A stretch of 52,683 bases of DNA, filler included, from Bipalium vagum (Eukaryota): NCBI GenBank assembly GCA_037834085.1. It is 3 parts of 3 records of this genome, joined end to end, with 100 filler letters (N's around TTAATTAATTAA, not from the genome) between each part and the next. Parts side by side here need not be neighbours in the genome. Positions count along the whole stretch, not along the records: positions 1 to 17,319 come from JBBMKC010071484.1; positions 17,420 to 33,777 come from JBBMKC010114839.1; 1 more part is not named here. One strand, 5' to 3'. Below, piece by piece: positions 12,870 to 24,965 of this stretch (position 1 is the first letter of the stretch; each line of letters starts with the position of its first letter). The translations under genes were made by a program, and so were the position numbers. Below the pieces are notes generated by a model. That model made no database searches. It was not told where the DNA came from and worked only from the letters and a program-made list of their open reading frames with translations.

Positions 12870-14770
12870 ACTTAAACTTTTGTAGGGAATTTTCATCAAC
12901 TGATGCATTATTTGAACAAAGAAATCTAATAGTATCAAGACAATCAACAACTTCTTTTTTCATTGAAATAAACACTAGTTCATAGACAGATTCCGGGCCA
13001 TCTTTTTTTTCCACCCATGAGCGAATCATATTTTTTTATCACCCATAACTTTTTATAAGTTTTAACAAGATTAATAAATTAAAATTTAACAAAATAATAA
13101 CACATAAGATATAAAAAATTTTATTATTGTTTTAACAAAATAAATATTGCATGTGAATTTTCTTTCTGGACGTTTTTGAAATAAATTAAACACAAATTTT
13201 GCATATTAGCATAAAATTTCCACACGTCCGAAACCGACAAGCCAGTGTCCTCGATAGCCATTTTTGAAATCTCTCCATTGCCCAAAAATACAATAAATGA
13301 AGGGCTTTGTTTAGAGAAATTTTAATTTTAGAGAAAAATGATTTTCTTCTTATTGAATAATATTTTAAAAGCTTATGGTATGTTTTTTCTATGCAACGCC
13401 AAGCAACTTTGTTTTTATTCTGACTATATGAAGATTCCTTCATTGCTACCCCGCATCCATCACAATGATCTAGAAAAATAAATAACAACATGAATTAATA
13501 TAAATATTATACCTATTATTGTTAGTAGTCAATTTTTTCGCAAAAAAGAGACGGCCTCGAAGGGAGTCCCATTAATAATTACCATTATTATATTGATTTC
13601 CATTTATTGAAATATGTTTTAAATTTGTTAACTGTTTATAATTAATATTTAATTTGTGATGCAATGATTATTTTATTAAAATTTAAAAGAATTACACCCA
13701 TAAAATCATGTTTGTAATTTCACCCACATGGGTGGAAAAAAAAGATGACCCCAGATTCCTTCTCATCTGAAGATAAAACAATTCCAACAATCTCTTCCGT
13801 ATTCAGCTCTTCCCAAATACCAATATTATCATCAAGGCAGACATGTTAATCGGCTGATAACGGAGATACCAAATTGATTTTATCTTGCAATACCGAATCC
13901 AATGTCAGATTTTGGCAAGAAGGTTTCAAGATCGATTAACCATGATTTCAACAATTTACAATAATTGAAGAACTAATCTCGTCCCATGACTTCTGTATCA
14001 TATATATACAATCTGAAAGAGTCAAAGCTTGTTTAATATTCTTAATGTTATCATGAAGTTCTTGTATGTCCAGTAGTTTTCTCAAACAAAAATTTTTATA
14101 ATGACATTTGAATGCTCGAATTATTCCAGCATCAAGAGGTTGTGAAGTTGCAGTAGAATTCTTTGACAGGAATAACAACTGCACATTGGTTAATATGAAA
14201 TTCTAATGGCAAGATGCATTATCAAAAATTAAGAGAACTTTTCTCCTTTGAATTATCATATCACTATTAAAATTTTTAACCCAATTATTAAATATCAGAG
14301 TTGTCATCCAAGCCTTAGAATTGGCTTGATAATTAATATTTTTTATATATTCATACCCCGAAAGCATCTAGGAGATTTAGATTTACTGATTACGGCAAGT
14401 TTCCTTTTATCGTTACCAGTCGAATTTCAACAGCATACAATAGTCAAGGTGCATTTATCTATTTTGGTGCCTTTAACATTATGATTGCTAAATGTTCATG
14501 AAGAAAGTTATTTATATATAAGATCAGTTCCATCCATATTATAGATATCGGATAGTTCATAATCTTTAATGATCTTTATCAATTGAAGTTTAGCAGATTC
14601 AATTTGTTGTAGATTAATATTTTCGCTTTCACCAGATAAAAACGTTGATTACAGATTATGTCGCTTTTTTAAATAGATGAAGTCAGCCGTTGGATGCCTT
14701 AAAATTTTCAATACCTAGCTTAGTAGCGACTTTTTTGGAATTTACTGCTGTTTAAATACTAACATTTTCT
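12870..14770 (-). mobile_element. Decayed pogo/Tigger (DDE_1) transposase, with a nested Merlin element
   Basis: FKASNG*L..FKKRHNL (CENP-B HTH end), SGES, IYNMDGT, KSKSPRCFRG, VLLIFDNASCH, FLSKNSTATSQPLDAGIIRAFKCHYK. Confidence 0.9.
12995..13751 (-). mobile_element. Merlin (IS1595/ISXO2-like) non-autonomous DNA transposon, 757 bp
   Basis: TIRs GGGCCATCTTTTTTTTCCACCCATG / CATGGGTGGAAAAAAAAGATGACCC; perfect 8-bp TSD CAGATTCC (12987-12994, 13752-13759). N-terminal zinc-ribbon CDGC...AWRC...SIRRKSFF...LLYFW; no DDE domain seen. Confidence 0.92.
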
Positions 14771-14789
14771 TCGTGTGGGTGTACTGACT

Positions 14790-15145
14790 GCGTTCGTAAC
14801 TTGTTTGTGTGAGTTGACATCTTAACTTGCTTTACGTTTTTCACTAGACCTTTTTATTATTATTCTTATCTTTTGTCAGTTATATGCTGACCTTAAATAC
14901 CTATTGAAATTAAGGTTATTTTATTTTAAGAGTTATTTTGTTGTTATTTTAAGGCTGTACCTAATTTTTAATTTTTTTTATTTTAAATTCTATTTAAAGA
15001 AAGTTGAACTTTCTATGTATAAATTATATGTATATTATTTTTTGAAACAATTTTGTAATATAATTATTATTATAATTATAATGGTTAGGATAATTGGTAT
15101 TTTCTTAGAGGTTTTTATCTTACATAAAAATTGATAAAAATTTAT
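14790..15145. repeat. Unclassified dispersed repeat, copy 1 (related to 26500-26890)
   Basis: Shared block ataattataatggtt.ggataatt....tc.cagag.ttttt.at.ttacat at 15072-15125 and 26815-26865, with weaker similarity upstream. Confidence 0.45.
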
Positions 15146-16303
15146 CAAAAAAATAACAAATTGATTGTTTTATTAGTTTTTTCGGAGTAACGACAGTTTT
15201 ATACCTGTTTTGCTTCTTCTTAATCTCCGTAAATAGAAAAAAATAATTCAGGTGATGAAAAATTTGGGTTCGATTTTAACAGTAAATATTTTTAATTAAT
15301 TTTCGAAGAGTCTGACTGATATTTCTAAGTTTAAAGTAGCAGTAAAATGCCCTCGCTATATTTTTAATGTATATCAGCTCATTGTGTTAGAACCATAAAA
15401 GGTTCACATAAATCGTTTGCTTAAACTTATATCTCCTTCTTAACTTTACTTTTTTCAAATTAAACGGTGTATGAAAATGATGAAGACATTGATAATAACA
15501 AAAAAGAGATTTCTTTTATTATTAAGATTCCATTGTCATACTAAATTGATCTGAGGTTTTATTACAATTTTTAACAATTTAATTTAAGATTTTTAATTAA
15601 TACATTAATCTTAAATTATATTCAAACTTCAGATTTTATTTTAGGGATATTTATTATTACGAAGTAGAGTTTTCAGTAGTATAGGATTTTAAATAATTTA
15701 AAAATCTAAATAAATATAAAATATAATAATTATTTTAAAATTTCTTCTCTAAATACCGTTTTATTGTCATGTATAATTTATAATATGCATTAAATATAAC
15801 ATGTTAATAATATAAAGAAAAATTCAAAATAATCAATATATAATGATATAGAATTTCCAATATTTGATTATTAAAATTCTTTTGAATTTACCGATTTGTT
15901 ATGGTAGAGAAAATAAGAAAAAATTATGAATTGTAAACATACTGATTTTAATAGTTATAAAAAAATAAAGTTATAAAAAAATTAATTTAAAGTCATAACT
16001 TTACATATTAGCCATTCCAATAAATGTTCACTATAAAAAGATGATCGCTGAAGAGAAACACTTATGAATCAATCCTCGCAGTTTTCTTCGGTCCTCTCAA
16101 GCTCCCTTTTGTATTGTTATCAATTATCTTCTTGTGTTAAGGAAATCTGCAAAATAATATGTATCGATTTTATTTTTAACAGAAAATTCTAACCTATCTA
16201 AATAAAAATCGATTTTAATTTTTTTCCTTTTAAAATTAATATTTTGTGATATATTTTCGATTTCGTCAACTGCTTAGACCTATTATAACAATTATTTTTA
16301 CAG

Positions 16304-16547
16304 CCTGTATGCAAACCACATAGTGCCTATGGTAAAATCCTTTTATAACAATATTTGTATCATTACTCTTATTGATTTCTAGTTGGAGGTGCACCTGAAC
16401 ATGAAAAACGGGAGGAAAAGCAGGAGTTCGATGATATAATAATGTTTTTGGTGGAAAAGCAAACCATCAATGGATCATGGAATTATGACAGAGACATTGT
16501 TGTCAAACTCGGTTTAACGGAGGATAAAGTTGAAGCCAAAAAACCCG
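16304..16547 (+). CDS. VWA5A: Further exons of the same VWA5A-like gene (16304-16331, 16383-16547)
   Basis: Phase-0 acceptor (tttttacag, ends 16303) is compatible with the donor at 341. PVCKPHSAY, a 51-nt GT-AG intron, then VGGAPEHEKREEKQEFDDIIMFLVEKQTINGSWNYDRDIVVKLGLTEDKVEAKKP, which carries the L+..Q..+GSW motif of the VWA5A C-terminus. Donor at 16548 (or 16552). Last exon not found. Confidence 0.72.
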
Positions 16548-17239
16548 GTAGGTAAAATTAATTGTCGCCGGTTTGACAGCGATTATAATTGTTTAAAAAT
16601 GAGACTGGTTCAGTTTACCTTTGGTTTCCTATTAATGGAAACAAACGATTTTTTTTCGTTTTTATATGTATATATTTTATATGATCTCACATTTAAACAA
16701 TTTTTTAGGTAAATAAATAAAGGTAATTAAATTTTATTCAGAAATAATGATGAAGTAATTTAATATCGCTGAATACTAAATATCTCGAATTTAAACTGAC
16801 TCCGATTATATTAAGCGGTGCAATCAGTAAAGCAATAATGTGTATGCATATCACAATGTACAAATGGTGTTCGCAAGATAACAACAATAACACTTTATCA
16901 CTCGTCAAAGAGTGTTCCTCTGATGGGGAACCCGAACACAATCCACAAGAAAAATCCATAGTATACCTGTAACACAAAAAGCTTCTGGTGACGTTTTGAT
17001 AATCTTTTGCTTCTAATAACGCTTTGCTTCCTTCTTGCTACTGTAACACTGAAAACATTACTCTATGTATTATTTTGTTATGGTTCTTGAATATGAGGAT
17101 CGCACTTGAAATATCTTTATATATATTATTTATATTAATAATATTAATTAAATAGACTTAGAATTATCAATTAATAAATTAATAAATTTTAATTTATTGC
17201 TTATAGCGAATTTAGCTTTGCTTATATCGAAAATTGCTT

Positions 17240-17319
17240 ACTAGGGTGGGGTGAAAAGTTCTCGGCCTAACAAAGAAATAACAAACTTATTGACAAAAAT
17301 TATATTTATTTTTCAACAT
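17240..17319 (+). mobile_element. Mariner terminal inverted repeat at contig end
   Basis: AGGGTGGGGTGAAAAGTTCTCGGCCTAAC resembles mariner TIRs of the GAGGG..TGAAAAGTTC type and runs into the gap. Confidence 0.55.
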
Positions 17320-17419
17320 NNNNNNNNNNNNNNNNNNNNNNNNNNNNNNNNNNNNNNNNNNNNTTAATTAATTAANNNNNNNNNNNNNNNNNNNNNNNNN
17401 NNNNNNNNNNNNNNNNNNN
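17320..17419. other. Assembly gap spacer with six-frame stop linker
   Basis: 44 N + TTAATTAATTAA (17364-17375) + 44 N. Confidence 0.97.
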
Positions 17420-18379
17420 TTATTATTTTATAAATGTAATTATGGTTTTTTATGAATTTTCTTGTCAATTGTAAACGTATAATATTGATGAAAATTACCA
17501 TTGTATTAAAGGAATTTTATTAAAAATTAATCAAGATTATATTTCTTAAGACTTTTATTTGATCAGATTTTGCGTAGACAAATATGATAATTGGTTAAAA
17601 CTAATTAATTTCATAAAGTGAAACGATTTAAATGGGATTTATTAATAATTATTTAATAAAAGAACACTGTTTAAGCATTCCTTATATATTAAACTTTTTC
17701 GATTATTTCTAAATAAAAAATTAATAATGAGCACTCATATGCGAAGAATTTTTCATAATTATGAAATAAACGTAAATATTTATGTTTAAATAAAGAAAAA
17801 CATTAATTTAATTAAAAATTAATTAATTGGTGAGACTCAGTTCAGTTTTTCGTGCATTAAGTATCACTTTTGTACAGAGTAATTTGTTCGAAATTGCTCT
17901 CTAAGCATAGAAACTGTAAAAATAATTCAGTAAAAAATTATGCAGCTCCGACAAAATCCTTCAAAACCACCAGAAAGGTGACCATTTATAATGGGTTTCG
18001 ATAAAGAAGCTTATTTTTAAAAGAACTTGATCAAAATGACTAAAGAAACTTTAATAGATTTGATAAGCGCTGTTTCGTAATAAAGAATTATGAAATCCTT
18101 TAAACAGTGAGTAGTATATAAAAATGCTAACCATATAAACAACGACTTACCGTAACAACGCCTAATTTTTTTCAGAATATTATTTTCGGAACATTATCCA
18201 AACTTATTATAAAAGTGAAAAATGATAATGAATATGTTTACGACCCCATAAATATTTATTTTATTTTTTCAGGTATTATTTTTATTATATATCTTTTTTA
18301 TAACTTTTTATTTTTATTTGAGAACAATAAAATGGATTGAAATCAATGAAAATATTTTCATCATCATTTTTGCTGATTT

Positions 18380-18570
18380 TAGATAAGACATTCTTCTTTG
18401 AGGTTTGTACTGAACAACCATCCTGGCGAACGATATATTTTTGGTTTTGAAATACTGATTTAAGCCAGGATCTGACATGATACTTCATCAAGCTTATGGA
18501 CAGTGATTGTCAGAATAGGCAGATTTCACCACTCGGAGGTGACATGCGCCATACCATAATCCCTCCACTG
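18380..18570 (-). mobile_element. Tc1/mariner-superfamily transposase fragment
   Basis: GGIMVW, then HVRSWLKSVFQNQKYIVRQDGCSVQTSK (the QD.A..H motif). Confidence 0.6.
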
Positions 18571-19199
18571 TTCATTTATCTATTTAAATGTATCGATCTT
18601 TTTAATTCTCCAATTATCAGCAACCCTCTGAATTAAAATATTCTTTATTTATTTATCCCCTGAGGTTTCTAGGTGATCAATTCAGGTATTATAAAACTAG
18701 GCATATTGAGAAACTATTACTAATATAATAAATTTTTATTATTAGGATGCGTCAGAAATCTTTTCCATTAAACATGATTTGTTTAAATGAACATAAAAGA
18801 AAAACAAAAGACGGTTAATCTTCGAGATATAATAACGATATATAATATATAATTGCTTCCCCCCATACATAATAAAATAATATTTTAAAAAATAATTATT
18901 AAGAGAATTTTATCCAATTCTAAAAATGATATATCAAATGACAATGAAAAGAGAAATTTTGCAAAAATAAGTGATTTGAACTTCATAGGGTTTATTGAAA
19001 GAGATTGTAGATTGAAAACTAATTTATTTAAAAAGAAAAATCAACGGAAATTGTTTTTTGCCATGTTAAGTCTTTTGAAAAAAAAGAGAAAAATCTCATC
19101 CCCACTTTGTGATCATCAAAACCACTTCTACCTAGATAAAGTTATAAAAAGTGAATGTGGGAAACGTTATATTTTGCCTTGAAATTAATTTGAGCTTGA

Positions 19200-19510
19200 C
19201 AGGTGTTGAGTTCTTTTCGTTTTGAACAGAGTTTCGAAACATTTCTCCATCAATGTTGAGGGAAAAATGTTTCAAAATAATCAATTATTTATATTTCTGC
19301 AACTTAATTTATGCCATTAACTTTGTTATTGATTCTGCTCTCTACATCCGCTGCTTGTGCACGATGGTTCGACAGGAATTATAATATTCTGTCTAGACCA
19401 GCCTAAGTATTGCAGAGCTTTGCTAATTCCAATTATTAGCATACCAAAACCAGGATAATTAAATTGTTGTTCGTCTGAACACATTCCTTTCCTTCGATGC
19501 ATTAAAAAAT
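19200..19510 (-). mobile_element. RTE-like LINE reverse transcriptase fragment
   Basis: IEGKEC...FNYPG (FKYLG-like) followed by ADVESRINNK. Confidence 0.35.
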
Positions 19511-21249
19511 CTCCGAAGAACTAATTAGAAAGTGGTGAAAAAAAATAGTGAAAGAGCGCATCAAGCGGTAATGGAAATAATCATATTTTTCATACTTGGA
19601 AAGTACTTTCTTTTTCAAGTCGTCCTCCTTGCCAAGAGATATTTTTCTAGAAGAAAATTTTCCGGGGAAAAAATATAACCAACATGGAACTCGTTTATTA
19701 ATAATGCAATATATATATATATATATTAAAGAAAAAATAAGTTGGGAAAAAATTTTTTTTTCTTTCACGAAGTATTATAAATTATTTATTTAATAAATTA
19801 TTGATTAATTTTTGGATTGACAAACACCCATGTTATCATAAAGAAGAAACTTTATCATTATAAAATTTGAATTATTTTCCATTGATATTTGCACTGTTGA
19901 TGCAGCGTTGGAAAGATTTAAAAATTCTCATTTTCTCAAAATGTCAAATAAAACTTATTTTAATAATTATAACAAATCAAAATTTTTGACATTTCTCATC
20001 ACAGAGAAAAAAATATTTCATTGAATGAAATTAATTTAATTAAACTATTCCACAAATTCGTAATAAATGACTAATTAAAATCTTTGTTACTTAATTGACT
20101 ATAAGTGAAAAGTGATTTAAAATTATTAAAAAAGGAAAAAAAAATTAATTAATTAATTTTTTTGATATGTAAATCTTTCCATCTGTTGATTAATTACAAA
20201 TACAATAAATTGTGTTAGTTTTCAGATGTCTTACAATATTCTCCATAGAAAATAGTCGTTTTAATCATTTATTTAATTAAATTATAGAGATAAATCTCAA
20301 AGAATTTGTCTTATTAAAAGTAATTATGTTGACTTTTTCTATGTATTTAATTTCCTTTATTTGTAATGAAATTTCCCATTCACTGTTGAAGCAAATTTTA
20401 ATGTTTGCTTTTTTCCTAAAAAAATCATTTTCATTATTGTATATCCTAACACTAAATACATAAGACATAAAATGTATAATGCAGCAATTTGGGGTTTTAT
20501 TTATATTTAAATCTTATTCATTCAAATATACAAATATTGTATATTCAATTAGCTTATTTAAACAAATGTATAAAAATGCTTGATTACAGCTATTAAAAAA
20601 GGCCCACTTTCAAAGCATATACTTAATAGATTTCATATTAGATTTATCTTTTCTTAAATATCTAAAAACTCCATAATTATTTATTTACATTATCCCGTAT
20701 GATTCCTTAACTTCCTTTCAGAAAATTTGTTATGTTAACCAAAACTTATTAAATTTCGTTATTTTTGATGTATTTCATTTATTTTTGAAATAATATCTTT
20801 TCATTCTTTTTTGCGTTTCATATAATGGAAATAATAAATAATAAATTAATAATTACAGAGATTAGAGTTGGCTCCTCGTATATTTCACATATTCGGATTA
20901 TATTCATTTATTATTATTTATTATTACTATTACTTTATCATGTCGTCCATCAATCATGTTCCACAGTAAATCAAAGAACCCTGAAAATGTGGGTCAGCAG
21001 CAAAATTTATTTAACACTTATTCCAAGGAGAATTCATAAGCCTGGATAATGTTAGAGAACATTTTATATATTCGGCTTTGTGAACGTGAATTATGTAAAT
21101 CTGTTGTGCTTCAGAAACGTAAAATATTATCATCAAAATTTATAAATGATAATATGTTCCGAATATTCCTAAACAAGTTGTTATTATTCTTTATAATACA
21201 TACATGGTCCGTGTACAGCTAAATCCGAAAAAGGAAAAAATTATAACAA

Positions 21250-21980
21250 TCCAAGATTTTTTGAAAAAATATAATTTAAATAATGGGTTTCGGATTTGTA
21301 ATTTTATCCTATTGTAGCTCTTTTTGATACAATCACACACTCTAATCCATATCAAAAGCGTGAACTCGCTTTCTTTAGCCACTCCTCTCCAAACTGTCGA
21401 ATACTGTAACAATAGCGCTTGAAGATCTAAGTTATTGGTATCGCTGGACTTATTAGAAACTATTTCAATAACAACCGAGACGAAATAATCTAAACGGTTT
21501 AAGTCTGGACTATTTTCTTTAGACCAAAAAAAATGTAAAAATTTACTTTTTACTATTTATTAAAATGCAATTATGAGTGGATGCGCCATCCTGTTAAAGG
21601 AAGTATAACTTTGCGACAGCTACAGCAGGAATCCAAGACTGGACTGTGGAAATCAAAACTCCAAGGTATACATCCTTTGTAATCTTTTCACTCGATCCAA
21701 AAAAATATGGTGGCATGACATCACCCTTTAAACAATGCTCAACACATTACGATTTGCATGAATGTTTGTTCGACTCACTACAAGAACATTTTTGGGATGA
21801 TGGGTAAGTCATTGGTCGGTCTGCATGTTCCGTTTGGAATCTGTGATCAAACTATCTTTGTCAGAGAAAAACATGAGAGGACCAGTAACTTTTGGCTTTA
21901 ATGAGGATAACAAAAATTTGCAGATAACTGCAGATGACCAAAAAGATAGATAAATTGTGTTTGCCACTCGGAAAATTTTT
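21250..21980 (-). mobile_element. maT (DD37D) transposase relic
   Basis: MFFSDKD...RNMQTDQ*L...GDVMPPYFF...VYLGVL..TVQSWI.AVA...QDGASTH...SPDLNRLDYFV. Confidence 0.85.
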
Positions 21981-22189
21981 CTGTGATATTTTTTGAAAAT
22001 AAATTATTTGTACTCATATTTTTTATATTACTATGATTTTCAAATAATACGAGTTTTAAACGTTTAAACAAATGTCTTAAATTCAGATTAATTAAATTTT
22101 ATATTTCTCAATATCATAAACCTTTTCTGGACTTTGTTGGCAAACCTTGGAAATAACATTAATAATATGCAAGAATAAATAAATAATTA

Positions 22190-23388
22190 CCCCATACCAT
22201 AAAAAACCCGATTTATTTATTTTAGAAAAGAATTTATGACTATTTTGTTTAATTGATGTAATATTGACTGTTATAGATGACGCTATCTTATGATAAGAAA
22301 ATATTAATATTAATCAAGTATGAAAGGATTACTTGATTATGCGATGCATTTAATGTTAACAAAGATTTCTCACATGACTTACGAAAGAAATTTGTTGAAA
22401 CAGGTACTGGGAACAGAAAGAGTGGTTCAGGATATGTTTACAGATGACAACGAGTTGTGCAATCTATCGGGAAGCGCAGATCCTCTAGCATTATATGTAT
22501 TTCTGCGGAGACTGAGATTCCACATACAAGTGTTCAAAGAATTGTCAAAGACGAAATGAGACTTATTTTCAAAAGAACATGCCATCTGTTAATTGATGAC
22601 CAGAAATTGAAGACTTAAATGGTGTCGACAAAATTTTCATCATCAATGGAAGGCTCACTTTAACATAGATGAATGCGGTTTAACTTGTATCCTTTCCAGC
22701 GTAAAAGATATCTTCACAGCGAAGAAATTAGTCAGTACTCAGTAAAGATCATGATTCTCACAGCTATTGCAAAGTCTGATGTTCAGAATGAATTGATTGG
22801 TATCTGGAGGATTCAGGAAAATGTGGAGGTCTGGTGTTCTTCGAAATAACGGTGACTCATACAAAATTGATTGCACAATAACGGCAAATTTATTATGACG
22901 ACCATTTAAGTTATGCTATGATTTGTAACAAAATGCAGTAGTCTCAGAATGTGACTGAGTAAATGGACAATGCTCAGTTACACAATGGAAAAAATAATGT
23001 TGAACGCTTTAATGACTTCGGAGATAGTCTTGTTCCCAGCATAACCACTATTAACTAATCAATACAGTCTTCAGATTTAAATACAAATGACATTGGTTTT
23101 TTCACTTCTCTAAATAAGTGAGTTCTTAGGAATAAATGTAAAAATTTTGACGAATTTCGGTTTTTAGTAGAAGAAAATTTTTGTTCAACTAAGCCTAATA
23201 CGTTGACTTCTATTTTTGAAAGCAAATCTCTTAGTATAGTAAAGAAAATTATAAAGCAGAAAAGTTTAAATGTTAATATACCATATTCGTTATAATAAAC
23301 TTTGTTAATATTATTTTTCTTATTTTATTATAATTATTAATAATTTTATTATAATAATTTTAATAAATCGGGTTTTTATGGTATGGAG
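22190..23388 (+). mobile_element. Complete-ended decayed DD39D-like (plant/oomycete-type) mariner, 1199 bp
   Basis: TA-flanked TIRs CCCCATACCATAAAAAACCCGATTTATT / AATAAATCGGGTTTTTATGGTATGGAG. Motifs HFNIDE, IMILTAIAKS...IGIWR, MDNAQLH ... QSSDLNTNDIGFFTSL, with 40 in-frame codons between the 2nd D (22966) and 3rd D (23089). Confidence 0.82.
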
Positions 23389-23399
23389 TAAGTAATATA

Positions 23400-23605
23400 C
23401 ATTGGGCGAAATAAGTAAGTTCACCCCCTATCGAATATTTAATTATTTCAAAATTTGAATAATATATATATATATTTGTTTATCTGGAATAAATATTGAT
23501 TATAATATGAGTGAAATATTTAAATTTATTTGTTTTTAATATAATTTTAAAATAACATTAGGTATAAAAGAAATCGCGAAATTGATCGATTCTTGTTTCA
23601 TTTTA

Positions 23606-23636
<31 letters not shown>

Positions 23637-23697
23637 ATATAAAAAATATAAAAATACAGTATTTATTAAGAGATGAAATTACTTATTTCTCCCACTG
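23400..23697. mobile_element. Tc1-derived MITE, 298 bp
   Basis: TA|CATTGGGCGAAATAAGTAAGTTCA ... TGAAATTACTTATTTCTCCCACTG|TA; non-coding AT-rich interior with (TA)n at ~23606-23630. Confidence 0.85.
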
Positions 23698-24784
23698 TAA
23701 TTTACAAATACTGGAAGAAAAATCATGCCTTAAAGTGAATATGATTTTATTATTATTATTACTCTTTGTAGTATTGCTAGTATTATCAAATAGCAAAGCA
23801 ATATATTTTAATAATATTTTTCAATTTAATAGTTCTGATTATTTGTTATGTTACTCACAGTACGCACATATCATTAGTTTATTATTTGAAATATTCAAAG
23901 TAACTAATTATTTCTTTAAAATATAATTGCAAAAAATAAAAATCACATAATCTTTCTTTAACTCTATAAACTGCAATTATTTTCTTTAAACAATTATACA
24001 AGAATATAATGCTTTTAATGAAAATAGAGAGATCTGATCGCAAAATTAAACAAATTGACATCATATTCTCCGTTTAATCCTTATTAAATGTGTTTGGGAA
24101 TAAAAATTATTAGATTTTAAAATCAAACTGTTTCATTTTTTGGATAATAAAATAAACCATTTTCCATATGACATACGATATTAATTACTTCTTTATGACT
24201 TAAATCTAATTGTCAAAAGAATTCCTTATTTTTATCCAAAAATAGCATGAAAAAATTATTTCGAATTTTGTTTTAATTATCACAGATATTAAAAATTATT
24301 TAAATTTCTTTATTAAATGTAATTATAAAAGAAGATTTGTGTGACTTATCATTATTAAAATAATATTTCTTTGTTTCGCACTTTATTTTTTTGTTTAAAT
24401 TCATAATGTATCCAGCATGCAGATTATCCAAATTAAAATTGTTAGTGCGAAAATATAATGTATCGTCGAAGATGAAATCGATTTGTGAAAGGCTTGATGA
24501 CCTATCATTTCGGTTAGAGGGTCCTGCTCTCCAAAGCCATACTGGTGTTAAAAAAAGAGAAAATTTTGAAGTATGAATCAACACATTTCGTTATGCATAA
24601 GTATTTAATTGTGAAACGTTTTTTACCATGTATACTGGTTTCTAAAGGTATGCTGCAATGCTTCAAAAATCCATTCAATGAACTTCGGAACATGTCCATT
24701 AATCCTACAAGCTAAGAATCCATATATTAAAACGTCATTAATTCATTAATAGATACATCCCCCGACTAATTTTCAATTTATCTC

Positions 24785-24965
24785 ACAAACAAAATTACTC
24801 TTTATTCTGTTTAATTACTATTCGCCATCAATCTGGTAGTTGAAAATGATCCCTCTGGTACAAATCCATAGGCCTATTGAGGGAAGAGTCATCTTCGCTT
24901 TTTGACAACCTTCGATGAATCATACTTCCAGACCGTTCAGATAAAGTAGATAAGTACCAAGAACA
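24785..24965 (-). mobile_element. Mariner 3' end fragment (related to 7850-7990)
   Basis: Near-identical tgtttaattact.ttcgcca...tctggtagttgaaaa; translates LYQRDHFQLPD*WRIVIKQNKE. Confidence 0.65.

Noticed and set aside
17364-17375. Palindromic TTAATTAATTAA inside N runs (also 33822-33833)
   Set aside because: Artificial six-frame-stop linker. Adjacency across these gaps is not biological evidence.
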